Notes: generated from the letters alone by a model not told the origin. A stretch of 64,000 nt of DNA from Candidatus Hodarchaeota archaeon (GCA_048886685.1 JBHLKM010000009.1:107229-171228), one strand, 5' to 3'. Positions 47,491-58,895 are shown, counted from the first letter of the stretch. A program made the numbers and translations.

Positions 47491-47604
47491 GTTAATTCAC
47501 ACTTTTTAAAGTTTTATAGATTCTAATGTAGTTTAATTAATTAAATTTATTTATAGTTAAGAATTGTTTGACATGAAAATACATATTATTGAGGGAAGAA
47601 AAAA

Positions 47605-48495
47605 ATGCTGAGAGGTATCCATTTCTTATTAACTTATACATGTAATTATACATGTGATCACTGTTTTTTATATTGTAGCCCAAGTTCTCAGGGAACATTC
47701 ACTTTAACACAAATAAAAGAAGTCATAAATGAAGCGAAAAAAATTGGTACAGTTGAGTGGATTTATTTTGAAGGTGGTGAACCCTTTCTTTATTATCCAA
47801 TAATGGTTGAAGGAATTAAATTTGCTAAGGAGCAGGGATTTAAAGTTGGAATAGTCACAAACTCATATTGGGCAACAAGCATTACAGATGCAGAAATATG
47901 GCTAAAACCGTTCACTGTTTTAGGTGTTGATGATGTTAGTATTAGTGATGACGCTTTCCATTATGAAGATGAGAAACAAAATTTGTCAAAAGTAGCTAAA
48001 AAAGCTTCCGATAATCTAAATTTACCTTCAATGACAATTTGCATTGAGGAACCAACAGTTAAAAAGGAACAAGAAAAAGGAGAACCAGTTATAAGTGGTG
48101 GTGCTATGTTTAAAGGAAGAGCCGTTGAAACTTTGATTGAAGGCTTACCCAAAAGACCATGGGGAGAGTTGAATGAATGCCCATATGAGGATTTTAATGG
48201 TCTCGGAAGAATTCATGTTGATCCCTTTGGAAATGCACATATTTGTCAAGGATTAAGCATTGGGAACTTTTGGGAAACCCCATTATCGGAATTAGTTAAA
48301 AATTATGATGCCAACTCACACCCAATACTTGGGCCTTTAATTCGAGGAGGCCCTGCACAATTAGTTAAGGAATTTGATATTGAGCATGAAAATGAGTATG
48401 TGGATGAATGCCATCTTTGTTATCTAGCAAGATTGAGTTTAATTGATAATTTTCCAAAATATCTTGCACCAAGACAAGTTTATGGATTAGAATAA
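47605..48495 (+). CDS. radical SAM protein
   Basis: CNYTCDHC, GGEP; C-terminal C..C / CHLC auxiliary-cluster motifs. Confidence 0.85.
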   Translation: MLRGIHFLLTYTCNYTCDHCFLYCSPSSQGTFTLTQIKEVINEAKKIGTVEWIYFEGGEPFLYYPIMVEGIKFAKEQGFKVGIVTNSYWATSITDAEIWLKPFTVLGVDDVSISDDAFHYEDEKQNLSKVAKKASDNLNLPSMTICIEEPTVKKEQEKGEPVISGGAMFKGRAVETLIEGLPKRPWGELNECPYEDFNGLGRIHVDPFGNAHICQGLSIGNFWETPLSELVKNYDANSHPILGPLIRGGPAQLVKEFDIEHENEYVDECHLCYLARLSLIDNFPKYLAPRQVYGLE

Positions 48496-48619
48496 ACACC
48501 AAGAATGTTAATTTCATTTTTTTTACTTTTCTGTCGATATTTTTCTTTAGTCAAAGTGTTAAATATAACTTCTTTTGTAATTTTATGGTATGAATTAGAT
48601 TCATAATAATTTATTTCTC

Positions 48620-49066
48620 CTCTTTAAAATTGATTTAGATGGAAATCTTACTTATTTAAGCCCTCAAACCCTTCAAATGTTGGGATTTACCCCAAATGAA
48701 TTGGTAGGTCAAAATGGCTTTAGATTTATACATCCCGAAGATCAAGATAAAGTACTAATAAACCAAAATACTCCTAAATATGGCAAGATTACAATTAGAT
48801 CGGAAATTCAAAATGGAAATTATGTCATATCTGTTCAAGATACTGGTATTGGTTTAACAGAGGAAGAAAAAAAGAAGATTTTCAAAAAATTTGGAAAAGT
48901 AGAGCGTTATGGGCAGGGGTTAGATGTTGTTTCTGAAGGTTCTGGTCTAGGCCTCTACATTTCAAAAAAGATTATTGAACTTCATGAAGGTAATATCTGG
49001 GTCGAATCTGAGGGAAGAAAAAAAGGTTCTATTTTCTATTTCTCTTTACCAATAATAAAGAATTAA
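48620..49066 (+). pseudogene. internally deleted PAS histidine kinase (PAS fragment joined to the HATPase_c C-terminal half)
   Basis: FKIDLDGNLTYLSP...IHPED joins directly to NTP..G.I.I...QDTGIG...GSGLGL; HisKA and N-box are missing. Confidence 0.7.
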
Positions 49067-49211
49067 AAGAGAATTGCCTTTTTTTATCTTTTTTATTTTG
49101 TGTTTTAAGAGAATTCAAATAATCAAACACTATTATTTTATTATAATCACTAAAATGGAATAATTGTTTTAATAATTTTAATTTTTAACAAAAAAACATC
49201 ACTGATATATA

Positions 49212-50405
49212 ATGGTATATATAGATAAAAAGAAATTGCAGGCTTTATTTAAGTGGTACATGCAAGAAGTAGGCGAATCCTTGATATCAGTGCTTGTGGT
49301 AGGTCGTGATGGATTGGTAGTGGATATATCAACCCGAGATGTAGAAAATATAGATGAAAAAAAGTTTGTAGGAGCATTTAGCGCATTAGTAGAATTGGTT
49401 CTTAAGAAAATAACTCAAGACTTCGATATTGGCACTTTTGGTGCAGGTACTTTTGATACAGACAAATTTCGTTTCATTTTTTGCGAATCTGGAACAGATC
49501 ATGTATTAGTATCTATCCTCCATCCTAAAGCTTTTGTTGATGACATTTTTCCATATACTTATTTAGCAGCGGATAAAGTAGCGCGAATAATTGAAGGTGA
49601 GCTACCAGTTAGCCCGGTTATTCCTAAGATTAAGAGACAGACTGAGGTTGAAAAAATCAAGCACAAAATGGAATATTATCAAAAAGCACCTCTCTCTTCC
49701 AAATATGTTTATAAACTGAGTTTAATTGGCGATGGTGGTGTAGGAAAGACTAGTATGGTACAAAGATATGTTCACGGAATTTTTAAGGCTGATTATAAAG
49801 CTACAATTGGAACCTTTATATCTAAAAAAGAATGTCAATTCGATGAATTAAGCACTTCTGTAAGATTCATGATTTGGGATCTAGCGGGCCAGAGTCAATT
49901 TCAACGCCTTTGGCCAGATTACCTAACTGATTCACGTGCAGGTATTATTGTTTTTGATATAACAAACCGAGAGTCATTTGAGAACGTGAAAAAATGGTAT
50001 GACATTATTACAGAAGTAGCTTTTCAAAATATAGTGCTAATATTGGTAGGTAATAAAGTAGACTTAAATCAAACTAGAGAAATTACACCAGAAGAAAGCA
50101 TGGAATTGGCAAAAAATTTAGGAATCTCTTATATAGAGACCTCAGCAAAAACAAATGAAAATATTGATGATGTGTTCGAATGGATTGCACTTCAAATAAT
50201 TAATATGAATATCGAAGAAGTAAAGGATACTTTAATAGACAAACAAATTGAGGAGGGTAGCAAATTTATCATTTCAAGCCCTCAATTGAAAATCTTGAGC
50301 CAATTCTTTACTAAACAGCTAGATTATTGTATCGGTAAAAGTGATACTAAAGAAATCATAAAATACTTAGATATTTTAAAGACGATACAAAAAAATAAGT
50401 TATGA
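49212..50405 (+). CDS. Roadblock/longin-like domain fused to a Rab-like small GTPase
   Basis: N-terminal VLVVGRDGLVV roadblock-type pattern; C-terminal GDGGVGKT, WDLAGQ, NKVD, ETSAK. Confidence 0.8.
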   Translation: MVYIDKKKLQALFKWYMQEVGESLISVLVVGRDGLVVDISTRDVENIDEKKFVGAFSALVELVLKKITQDFDIGTFGAGTFDTDKFRFIFCESGTDHVLVSILHPKAFVDDIFPYTYLAADKVARIIEGELPVSPVIPKIKRQTEVEKIKHKMEYYQKAPLSSKYVYKLSLIGDGGVGKTSMVQRYVHGIFKADYKATIGTFISKKECQFDELSTSVRFMIWDLAGQSQFQRLWPDYLTDSRAGIIVFDITNRESFENVKKWYDIITEVAFQNIVLILVGNKVDLNQTREITPEESMELAKNLGISYIETSAKTNENIDDVFEWIALQIINMNIEEVKDTLIDKQIEEGSKFIISSPQLKILSQFFTKQLDYCIGKSDTKEIIKYLDILKTIQKNKL

Positions 50406-50422
50406 ATTTTCCCCGAAAAACT

Positions 50423-53311
50423 TCAAGCATCAATATATAGACCCGGTTTAAATGGTCTTGCTTTATTCAATCTATTTTTTGGATCGAATTCAGAGTTAAT
50501 CATCAGGGAAGACCTTATTCGTTTTTCGATATATGATTTATATTGCTGGAGTAAAAATACCTCGTCTATTTTAGGAAGTTTTTTTTCCCATATTCGGTCT
50601 TTTAATTGAGTTTTAATGAAGGAAACCAGTTGTTTATTATTCATTAAATCTCTATCTTTCTTCAGTTCAGAAATAATCCCATCGAAATTGTCTTTCTTTA
50701 AATTTATTTTATCCAAAGCTTTGTACATCCATCTAGGAGCAGTATATACATATACAATATTTGTTTTCTTAGTTTTCACAATTTTCTTTATGTTTAATAC
50801 ATCTTCAATTGTAGTGGTGATATATTCAAATTCAATTTCAAGATCATTATCGATGTACTCTTTGTTAAAGTCACCCCAAACTTCTGTTGATAGAAAACTT
50901 TTATTGCCAGCAATTTCCCACAATTCTTCACATACGTGTGGTATAGTTAAGGAGAGAATCTTTAACCAATCTGGATAAATAACCTTCAATATAAATAAAA
51001 AGTCGTCTTCAGTATCAGTATCTCTAGAAAAATCCTGTATTAAATTGAAAACTTCATAAAATGAAATTTGTAAGTATCTTCTTATGTTAAATTCTTCTAA
51101 AGCTTTTTCTGCTTCTATGAATTTTTTGTTAATTTTTGATAATACTACTTTTGAATACTTAGACTTAATATTTTCATATTTTACTTCGATATTTTTTGAT
51201 TGTTTAATTTTATCAGAAATAAATACGAAGAATTTTTGAATATGGTTTTTTACGGTCTGGATTTTTCTCTCCACCCAATCCACTTTTACATCAAAATCTG
51301 CACCGTGTGAAATATAAAATCTAAATAAATCAGCTCCATAATTTTTCTGAATATCTGCTAGAGGAATTACATTCCCTTTTGATTTACCCATTTTCTCTCC
51401 TTCAATTATCACTGGTTCAATTAGCGATATAATTTTTGGCCAATTTTTCTCTGGAAAAATTGCTACATGGTGAAAAATATAAAAACTTAAGTGGTTTGAA
51501 ATGTGCATTATTGCAGTATGACGATGATCAACCGGGTACCAATATAGAAATTCTTTTTGTAGGTCTTTAAGAATTTTTTCATCTATACTTATCTTGCTTG
51601 ATAGTTTTTTTACATCTCCTCTTTCTAAGAAGACATAATCAAAAAATTCTGGAATTAACTGCTCGGGTTTAATTCGATGTTGGTTTAATTTATGAAAAAT
51701 TGTATAAAATGCCATATAAATTGTAGAGTCACTTAAAGATTCTATAATCCATTTTTTATCAAAAGGTAATTTAGTGCCTAATCCCCGTTTTCGCGCACAT
51801 GGCCTCTTCTCTAACCAATTAAAGATGTTTTCAAAATTCAATCTATATTTATTAGGTATGATTTTCATATTATTCAAGCATTTAAATGCATTTTTCTTCC
51901 AATCCCCTGCTTTAAAATTTATAAACCATTGATCTTTAAGAACAGAAACGATTACATTCGCACCACATTTACATTTAAGGTTTTTGGTAGCTGGAATATA
52001 TAACTTATCTGCTCTATTCTCTTCAACTAAATCTTTAGAAACTTGTTTGGCAGCATCACTTACTTTCAATCCTTGATATTTACCACATTTTTCATTAAGC
52101 ACCCCATTATAAAATTCGTTCTTATAATTCTCACTTGTTGCTAAATCTAACATTTTAGCTTCAGATTGTGAATTTACATTATATTTTTCACAATAAATTT
52201 TAGCAGGAAAATCCTTATATCCCTTTAAATCAAGAATTTTGATAGGATAAATCAAATCAATTTCCGTCTCATCCAAATCAAAATTTTTAATTAGTTTTTT
52301 ATTTTTTTGTAAATCTATAAGAGCAATATAATCATAAGGAGCATGAGCGGGAACAGAATATACTACTCCAGTAGCAATAGATGTATCTACAAAATCTCCA
52401 GGTAGAATCGGAATTTCTTTTATTCCAAATACGCCTGAAGCTTTTTTGCCAATCAATGTTTCTCCCTTAAAAATCTCCAAAATCTTAATATCTTTATTTT
52501 GGTTCTTTAATAAAATAGTGGCTTCCTCAGAAATGAACCAAATTTCCCCATTTAAAGAGACTTTTATATAATTTCGATCTGGTCTAATCCATATATTTGT
52601 AACTCCATAAATAGTTTCAGGTCTTAATGTAGCTGCAACAAGAAAACCATCTTTAAAAGGGAACTTAATACAAATAAATTCATTTATATTTAGATCTAAC
52701 TCATCTCCACCTGAAATGTCGTCTTCTCCTACAGCATTTTTATCTTGAGGGCAATATAAAATAGGATATTCCCCTTTTTCAATGTACCCTTTGTCGTATA
52801 AACGAAAATATTGCCATTCTATAAATTTATTATATAGTTTATCTCCGGTTGTAAATTCCCTTCTCCAATCATTACTCATTCCAAATGATTTGAAATCAAA
52901 TTTAAATGTTGACGAAAAATAATTTACAATATTCCAAGGATCATTAAAGCCCTCTATAATATCTTGAATTTTTTTTTTATCTTTAGTATGTAGCGATACA
53001 TATTCTTTCATTCTTTCTATTGTTGCTTGTTCTTTTCTTTCTATAGAAGAAGATACTGCTAAAACAGGTGTGGCCGTAATATGAAATGCCATAGGATACA
53101 AGACATTATATCCTTTTGCTCGATAATACCTAGCAAATACATCAGCGTTTATAAAGCTCCTTCCATGACCTATATGTGATGGACCAGAGGTGTATGGATA
53201 TGGGCATGTTATAAAGATTTTCTTCTTGTTTGGATCTGGATTCGCTTCGAAAATTTTAGCTTGTTCCCACTTGTCTTGCCATTTCTTTTCTATTTCTTGA
53301 GGATTATACAT
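50423..53311 (-). CDS. leuS: leucyl-tRNA synthetase, archaeal/eukaryotic type
   Basis: PYPY..G..HIGH, ATLRPET, SVPAHAP.D, ESLSDSTIYMA, KMGKS (KMSKS variant). Confidence 0.95.
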   Translation of the reverse strand: MYNPQEIEKKWQDKWEQAKIFEANPDPNKKKIFITCPYPYTSGPSHIGHGRSFINADVFARYYRAKGYNVLYPMAFHITATPVLAVSSSIERKEQATIERMKEYVSLHTKDKKKIQDIIEGFNDPWNIVNYFSSTFKFDFKSFGMSNDWRREFTTGDKLYNKFIEWQYFRLYDKGYIEKGEYPILYCPQDKNAVGEDDISGGDELDLNINEFICIKFPFKDGFLVAATLRPETIYGVTNIWIRPDRNYIKVSLNGEIWFISEEATILLKNQNKDIKILEIFKGETLIGKKASGVFGIKEIPILPGDFVDTSIATGVVYSVPAHAPYDYIALIDLQKNKKLIKNFDLDETEIDLIYPIKILDLKGYKDFPAKIYCEKYNVNSQSEAKMLDLATSENYKNEFYNGVLNEKCGKYQGLKVSDAAKQVSKDLVEENRADKLYIPATKNLKCKCGANVIVSVLKDQWFINFKAGDWKKNAFKCLNNMKIIPNKYRLNFENIFNWLEKRPCARKRGLGTKLPFDKKWIIESLSDSTIYMAFYTIFHKLNQHRIKPEQLIPEFFDYVFLERGDVKKLSSKISIDEKILKDLQKEFLYWYPVDHRHTAIMHISNHLSFYIFHHVAIFPEKNWPKIISLIEPVIIEGEKMGKSKGNVIPLADIQKNYGADLFRFYISHGADFDVKVDWVERKIQTVKNHIQKFFVFISDKIKQSKNIEVKYENIKSKYSKVVLSKINKKFIEAEKALEEFNIRRYLQISFYEVFNLIQDFSRDTDTEDDFLFILKVIYPDWLKILSLTIPHVCEELWEIAGNKSFLSTEVWGDFNKEYIDNDLEIEFEYITTTIEDVLNIKKIVKTKKTNIVYVYTAPRWMYKALDKINLKKDNFDGIISELKKDRDLMNNKQLVSFIKTQLKDRIWEKKLPKIDEVFLLQQYKSYIEKRIRSSLMINSEFDPKNRLNKARPFKPGLYIDA

Positions 53312-53628
53312 TTTCTTTCGATTAATATTGTTTTTTTGTTTTCAATATTTCTTTCTAGATTAGTGAATAGAACCCTTATAATCTCTCTCAATTAAAAATA
53401 TAGCCCAAGCGATAAAATCTATGGAACGGTTAAAAGAAAAAGAGAATAAGGATTTTTTCGCTTATAGTAATAAAACTGCGAGTAAATCATCTAAGGACAA
53501 TTTTTTCTTTAAGAATATCTTTGAAGCAATTTTATTTGAGATCATTGATCTATAATTAATATATTTTTTAGTATTAAAAAATCTTAGGGATATTCATTTC
53601 TGGGCTAGTTTTCTTTTTTTAATTCATA

Positions 53629-56600
53629 GTGCAAATGGTTAAATACAATTTCTTATATCTAAAATTCACATGTGATTTAATTTTTAACATATTTGAATAT
53701 AAGATATATGGGGATAGGAATATCTTGAAGGATTTTATCGAAAAAATTGAATTGGGGCTAAAAAGTGACACGAAACTATGGCAAACAACTCTTGATGCTA
53801 TAAAGGAGTCTATTTTTCTTATTAATTTAGAGTATAATATTCTTCAATGCAATAGAGCGACTCTTGATATTTTTGGGAAAACTAATTATAATGAAATCAT
53901 TGGACAATATTGTTGGGAATTGGTACATGGTACATCAGGGCCTGTTGAGTGGTGCCCTGTGATGAGAATGTTGGAATCAGGTCACAGGGAAGCTACCATT
54001 AGAAAAATTAATGAAAGATGGGTTGAAATTGCCGCAGATCCTGTCTTTAATGATACAGGTGAAATATCTGGAGCAGTTCATATTATCACAGATATTACAT
54101 CATATAAAACTCTAAGTAATGAATTAGAAGCTATTTTAGATATGATTCCTGCCATAATTTTCCGTAAAAATAGAAAAGGTGAATATACTCAAGTGAACCA
54201 AGCTTTTGCAGATGCGTTAAATCTCAACAAAGAGGATATAGTTGGAAAAACACCAATCGATATATTCCCTTTAGATCAAGCAGAAATCCTTCATGAAGGT
54301 GATTTAAAAGTAATAAGAAGTGGTAAATCACAAATTAATAATGATATGTACGTTAATATCGATGGAGAACAAAGACGACTGGTTATAAATAAAATTCCCC
54401 AATTTGATGCTGATGGATATGTTATTGGTTTAATTGGAATTACACAAATTGCATATGAACAAGAACTAATTGAATCTGAGAATAAATACCGCCAATTAAT
54501 AGAAAATTCTTTAGAAGGTGTATGGGTTATCGATGAGGATGCTAATACAACATTAATAAATCCAAGCATGGCAAATATATTGGGATATGAAGTGAATGAG
54601 ATGAAAGGAAGAACCTTATTTGATTTTACTGCTTATGAAGATATAGAGGCTACAAAAAAGACCCTTGAAAGGAGGAGGGAAGGCATTAAAGAAGAAATCG
54701 AAAAAGAATTTATTCGAAAGGATGGTACCAAAGTTTTTACCCGATTAATGACATCTCCGATTTTTGATAATGATGGAAAATATAAAGGCGCGATTGCTTT
54801 CGTGTCAGATATCACTAACCGAAAAAAAACTGAAAATTTATTAAGAGAGTCAGAAGAAAAATTTAGAACCCTATTTGAAATCGTTCCAGCTTCGATTGTT
54901 GTTTTAGATTTAAATGGAAATATAGTTTTATACAATCGGAAATTTTGTGATCTTCATGGTGTGAAAAATCCAGAACTTCTAAAACACAAAAGTATTCGAA
55001 ATTTTTTTTCAGCAAAAGATTTACCAAAACTTAAGGAAAGTATGACTAAGTCGTTGAAAGGAATATCCAGAGGAATGAATCAATACACAATGCTTAAGGA
55101 GGATGGGACGGAATTTCAAGCAGAAGCAATTAGTATAGGAATTAAGGATAAAAACGGCGAGATTACAGGCTTAATAGGAGTTGCTCAGGATATCACAAAC
55201 CGCAAAAAGGCTGATCAAGAATTAAAAGAGTCTGAAGAAATCTATAGAACTCTTACAGAACAATCTTTCTTAGGCATTGCGATTTTGCAGGATGATAAAA
55301 TCCAATATGTAAATGAACAACTCGCTCACACCGTTGGCTATACCGTAGAAGAAATCTTAGCCTGGGAGAAAGGAGGTTTCCTTAATTTCATACATCCTGA
55401 TTATAGAAAATTCATTGCTAAGCAAGCCAGAAAAAAACAATTAGGAGAATCAGATGTTATTAACCAATATCAATTTAGAGGGATAAAGAAAAATGGTGAT
55501 ATAATTTGGTTAGAAGTATTCTCAAAAACTATTAATTATAGAGGAAAACCAGCGGATTTTGTCACAATTCACGATATAACTGATGGGAAAATATCCGAGC
55601 AGAAATTAAAAGAATCTGAAGAAAAATTTAGAACTATTTCTGAACAATCATTTATGGGTATTCTGATAACTGTGGATGATGAAATTGAATACGTCAATAA
55701 TATCCTCCTTCAAATTTTTGAGTATTCAAGGGAAGAAATTACTAATTGGACAAAGGATAATATAATAGAAATGATACATCCTGATGATTTACAGTTTTTA
55801 AGAGAATATCGAGAGAAACTACGAAGACGAGATCCTAATGTAAAACCTTATTATTCTTATCGAGTGTTCACTAAATCTGGTAATTTAAAATGGGTTGATC
55901 AATTCTCAACAGTTATCAATTATAAGGGAAAAACTGCAGAATTAGTAACTTTCATGGATATTACAGAGAAAAAAATAGCTGAACAGGAGTTAGTTAAATT
56001 AAATAGTTTAAAATCGGAACTTATGAGAAGAACATCACATGAATTGAAAACACCTTTAGTTTCAATTAAAGGTTATTCTGACCTCTTATTAAGTGTACAT
56101 AAAGAAAAGCTAGATAATTATGTTCTTGCGTCGATTGTTGAAATTAAGAAGGGATGTGAACGCCTTGAAAGTCTTATAAAAGATATCTTAAATACCGCTG
56201 AATTAGAGTCAGGGGCAGTTCAATTAAATAAAATTGTTGATGATTTATCTTTCTTTATAAAATTAAGTGTAATGGAATTGCAAGGTCTAGCTAAATTGAG
56301 AAACCAAACTATCAATTTAAACATTCCTGGTAAGTTAATAACGAGTTTTGAGCCAGAACAAATGCATCAAGTTATAAGTAATTTAATAAATAATGCAATA
56401 AAGTACACTCCTTCTAATGGTATTATAGAAATCAGTTCTGAAATTAAAGATCATCATATAATAGTTTCAATAAAAGACAGCGGAATTGGGTTAACTAAAG
56501 AAGAGAAAGAAAGATTATTTACTCAATTTGGAAAGATTGAGAGGTATGGTCAGGGACTTGATATAATATCTGATGGTTCCGGTCTTGGATTATATATCTC

Positions 56601-56712
56601 AAAAAAAATAGTAGAATTACATGGAGGAGAGATATGGGTGGAATCTGAAGGCAGAAATAAGGGTTCAACCTTTTATTTTAGTATACCTATAATCAATGAA
56701 AATCCCATATAG
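53629..56712 (+). CDS. cytoplasmic multi-PAS sensor histidine kinase (true start probably ~53725)
   Basis: About six PAS/PAC repeats (DIT.RK...ESEE); H-box SHELKTPL, N-box NAIKYTP, G-boxes DSGIG and GSGLGL. Confidence 0.9.
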   Translation: MQMVKYNFLYLKFTCDLIFNIFEYKIYGDRNILKDFIEKIELGLKSDTKLWQTTLDAIKESIFLINLEYNILQCNRATLDIFGKTNYNEIIGQYCWELVHGTSGPVEWCPVMRMLESGHREATIRKINERWVEIAADPVFNDTGEISGAVHIITDITSYKTLSNELEAILDMIPAIIFRKNRKGEYTQVNQAFADALNLNKEDIVGKTPIDIFPLDQAEILHEGDLKVIRSGKSQINNDMYVNIDGEQRRLVINKIPQFDADGYVIGLIGITQIAYEQELIESENKYRQLIENSLEGVWVIDEDANTTLINPSMANILGYEVNEMKGRTLFDFTAYEDIEATKKTLERRREGIKEEIEKEFIRKDGTKVFTRLMTSPIFDNDGKYKGAIAFVSDITNRKKTENLLRESEEKFRTLFEIVPASIVVLDLNGNIVLYNRKFCDLHGVKNPELLKHKSIRNFFSAKDLPKLKESMTKSLKGISRGMNQYTMLKEDGTEFQAEAISIGIKDKNGEITGLIGVAQDITNRKKADQELKESEEIYRTLTEQSFLGIAILQDDKIQYVNEQLAHTVGYTVEEILAWEKGGFLNFIHPDYRKFIAKQARKKQLGESDVINQYQFRGIKKNGDIIWLEVFSKTINYRGKPADFVTIHDITDGKISEQKLKESEEKFRTISEQSFMGILITVDDEIEYVNNILLQIFEYSREEITNWTKDNIIEMIHPDDLQFLREYREKLRRRDPNVKPYYSYRVFTKSGNLKWVDQFSTVINYKGKTAELVTFMDITEKKIAEQELVKLNSLKSELMRRTSHELKTPLVSIKGYSDLLLSVHKEKLDNYVLASIVEIKKGCERLESLIKDILNTAELESGAVQLNKIVDDLSFFIKLSVMELQGLAKLRNQTINLNIPGKLITSFEPEQMHQVISNLINNAIKYTPSNGIIEISSEIKDHHIIVSIKDSGIGLTKEEKERLFTQFGKIERYGQGLDIISDGSGLGLYISKKIVELHGGEIWVESEGRNKGSTFYFSIPIINENPI

Positions 56713-56766
56713 TAAAATAAAACCTTTTACTTTTTTTTTCATTGTTTAATTTAAAGAATAAATAAG

Positions 56767-57621
56767 ATGAAAAACATGAAATTTGCAATATATACTCCGA
56801 ATTTTGGAAAAGACTTCAGTCCACTCAACGTAGCTAAAATTGCGATGGAGGCAGAAATAGCGGGTTGGGATGGTTTTTTTCTATGGGATCATATGATTTT
56901 CATGGAGGGCTTAGATGTACCTATTCTCGACCCTTGGATCACTCTTTCTGCTATAGCAATGAAAACTAAAACCATAAAAATCGGGCCATTAATAACACCA
57001 ATCCCTAGAAGACGTCCTTGGAAACTAGCCCGTGAGATTCTTTCATTAGATCATCTTTCTAATGGGAGATTAATACTTGGGGTAGGATTGGGTGCTCCTG
57101 ATTACGATTTTGAATCTTTCGGAGAGGATGTTGATAATACAATACGTGCTAAAAAACTTGATGAGGGATTAGAAATATTACTGGGATTATTGTCTGGTGA
57201 TGTTTTTAATTTTGAAGGAGATTACTATCAAGTTAAAAATGTAAAATTTTCACCAAAACCAGTCAAAGGCCGGGTTCCAATTTGGGTTGCTGGAATGTGG
57301 CCTAATAAGCGTCCTTTTCTTCGTGCTGCTCAATATGAGGGAGTATTTCCGATCAGTGCCAACTGGCCTCAACAATTAACTCCTGTAGATGTAGAGCAGA
57401 TTTTAGAATTTATTTCACATAACCGAAAAATCACTGAAAATTATGATGTTATTATTTCAGGAGAAACACCTGGAGATTCTATTGAAGGAATAAATATCAT
57501 TAGGCCATATATAGAGGTGGGAGTAACATGGTGGTGCGAGAACATCTATGGATATCGCTTTTCGAATTCGTTAGAAAAAATGACTGAGAGAATTCGACAG
57601 GGACCGCCAAAAGAAGTCTAA
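56767..57621 (+). CDS. luciferase-like (LLM class) flavin/F420-dependent oxidoreductase
   Basis: AE.AGWDG.FLWDH, DPW..L.A.A, LD.LS.GR..LGVG.G. Confidence 0.85.
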   Translation: MKNMKFAIYTPNFGKDFSPLNVAKIAMEAEIAGWDGFFLWDHMIFMEGLDVPILDPWITLSAIAMKTKTIKIGPLITPIPRRRPWKLAREILSLDHLSNGRLILGVGLGAPDYDFESFGEDVDNTIRAKKLDEGLEILLGLLSGDVFNFEGDYYQVKNVKFSPKPVKGRVPIWVAGMWPNKRPFLRAAQYEGVFPISANWPQQLTPVDVEQILEFISHNRKITENYDVIISGETPGDSIEGINIIRPYIEVGVTWWCENIYGYRFSNSLEKMTERIRQGPPKEV

Positions 57622-57650
57622 TATTATATTTTAAGATTAGAAGACGTACA

Positions 57651-58604
57651 TTAATCTTTGTAATTGATAGTGAGATATTGAATAGTATTTGTCTTAAATG
57701 AAAATTCCTCGTTTTTGAAAGGAATCACCTTAATTAGAGGTAAAAATTTCGCTAAATAAAGGGAAATACCTCTAATCTCCTTATTATTAAGTAAAAATTT
57801 GACTGGCTTGAATTTAAATAACCCAAAATTCCCACTCTTTTCATCTAAAGTTCCTATTTTGTGAGAACCTAAACATATTGAACTGGAAACATCAAACTCA
57901 TGAATATTATTACAGAGAATAGTGCCAATTTTATAATGAGGAATACCACCATCTAATATACAATACCTTCTATCAACTTGTACCTTAACTCCATATATAG
58001 GAAATAATCTATAATAAAATTGTTTTGGAAATCGAGCGAGAATGAATTCATGAAAAATAGAATCGATCTCGATTGGGATATTAATAAATTCTTCATTTTC
58101 AGGGGATTCAATTTGATTATTCTTTGACTCAACTGCTAATGAGAATGTTTTTCCACCTCTAGCACGTATTGCATCATCATTGGTTCTTAGCTCTAAATGT
58201 AAATGTGGACTAGACCAGTAAGCAAAATATCCATTTCGGATTGTTTTTCCTAATACATCCCCTATTTCGATCTGATCTCCTACATTACAATATGGATTGA
58301 CGTGCATTAATTTCCATACTACATTAAGATTAGAGGGATTAGTTATCAGTATAAGGTAATCTTTATCAATTCCACCTTCAAATTTCGGTTTTGGGGCTAG
58401 TAAAGTCTTAATTTTTAATATTCTTCCAGAAACTGGGCTCAATACCTCGTAGTTTTCTAAAGATAAATCTTGGTAAATATCTATAGCAAGTCCATGCTGA
58501 TGTGCATAATAAGGTGATGTTCCTATGCTGAAATGGTTAGTTTTCAGTATTGATACTCGAAGATCATCCATTTTGACAATATCATAAAATTGACTTTTAG
58601 GCAT
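57651..58604 (-). CDS. M23 peptidase-like protein (archaeal conserved hypothetical)
   Basis: H....AID and HLHLE zinc motifs, SPVSG.I. Confidence 0.55.
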   Translation of the reverse strand: MPKSQFYDIVKMDDLRVSILKTNHFSIGTSPYYAHQHGLAIDIYQDLSLENYEVLSPVSGRILKIKTLLAPKPKFEGGIDKDYLILITNPSNLNVVWKLMHVNPYCNVGDQIEIGDVLGKTIRNGYFAYWSSPHLHLELRTNDDAIRARGGKTFSLAVESKNNQIESPENEEFINIPIEIDSIFHEFILARFPKQFYYRLFPIYGVKVQVDRRYCILDGGIPHYKIGTILCNNIHEFDVSSSICLGSHKIGTLDEKSGNFGLFKFKPVKFLLNNKEIRGISLYLAKFLPLIKVIPFKNEEFSFKTNTIQYLTINYKD

Positions 58605-58720
58605 GTGGTGACTTAAACTATATTAACTGTGGTCTAATTAAGGATAAATCAGATTAAAAAAATAACTTACCTTGTTTCAAAAAAATTATGAAAAATAAAA
58701 AAGTATTGATAGTTTTAAAC

Positions 58721-58895
58721 TTATACATTTTCATTATAGTTTAATTGCCAACCAATCCCTTCTGGATCTTCAAATCGAGCAAAATATGCACCCCAGAAGG
58801 TTTTTTCCAGTTCCATAAGTATTTTGTATCCTTTTTCTTTTACTTTATTATAGATTTTATCGATTTGGTCTTTACTGTCAAGATCTAAATACACT
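58721..58895 (-). pseudogene. 3' remnant of a VOC/glyoxalase-family gene
   Basis: VYLDLDSK..ID..Y..VK..G.KI.....TFWGA.F..FEDP.G..WQL; the 5' part of the 58721..59146 ORF is just the antisense of the kinase remnant. Confidence 0.7.

Noticed and set aside
53320-53720. Extra small gene or N-terminal extension in the leuS-kinase intergenic region
   Set aside because: Frames contain stops and lack motifs; the first ~32 codons of the kinase ORF look like AT-rich promoter sequence.
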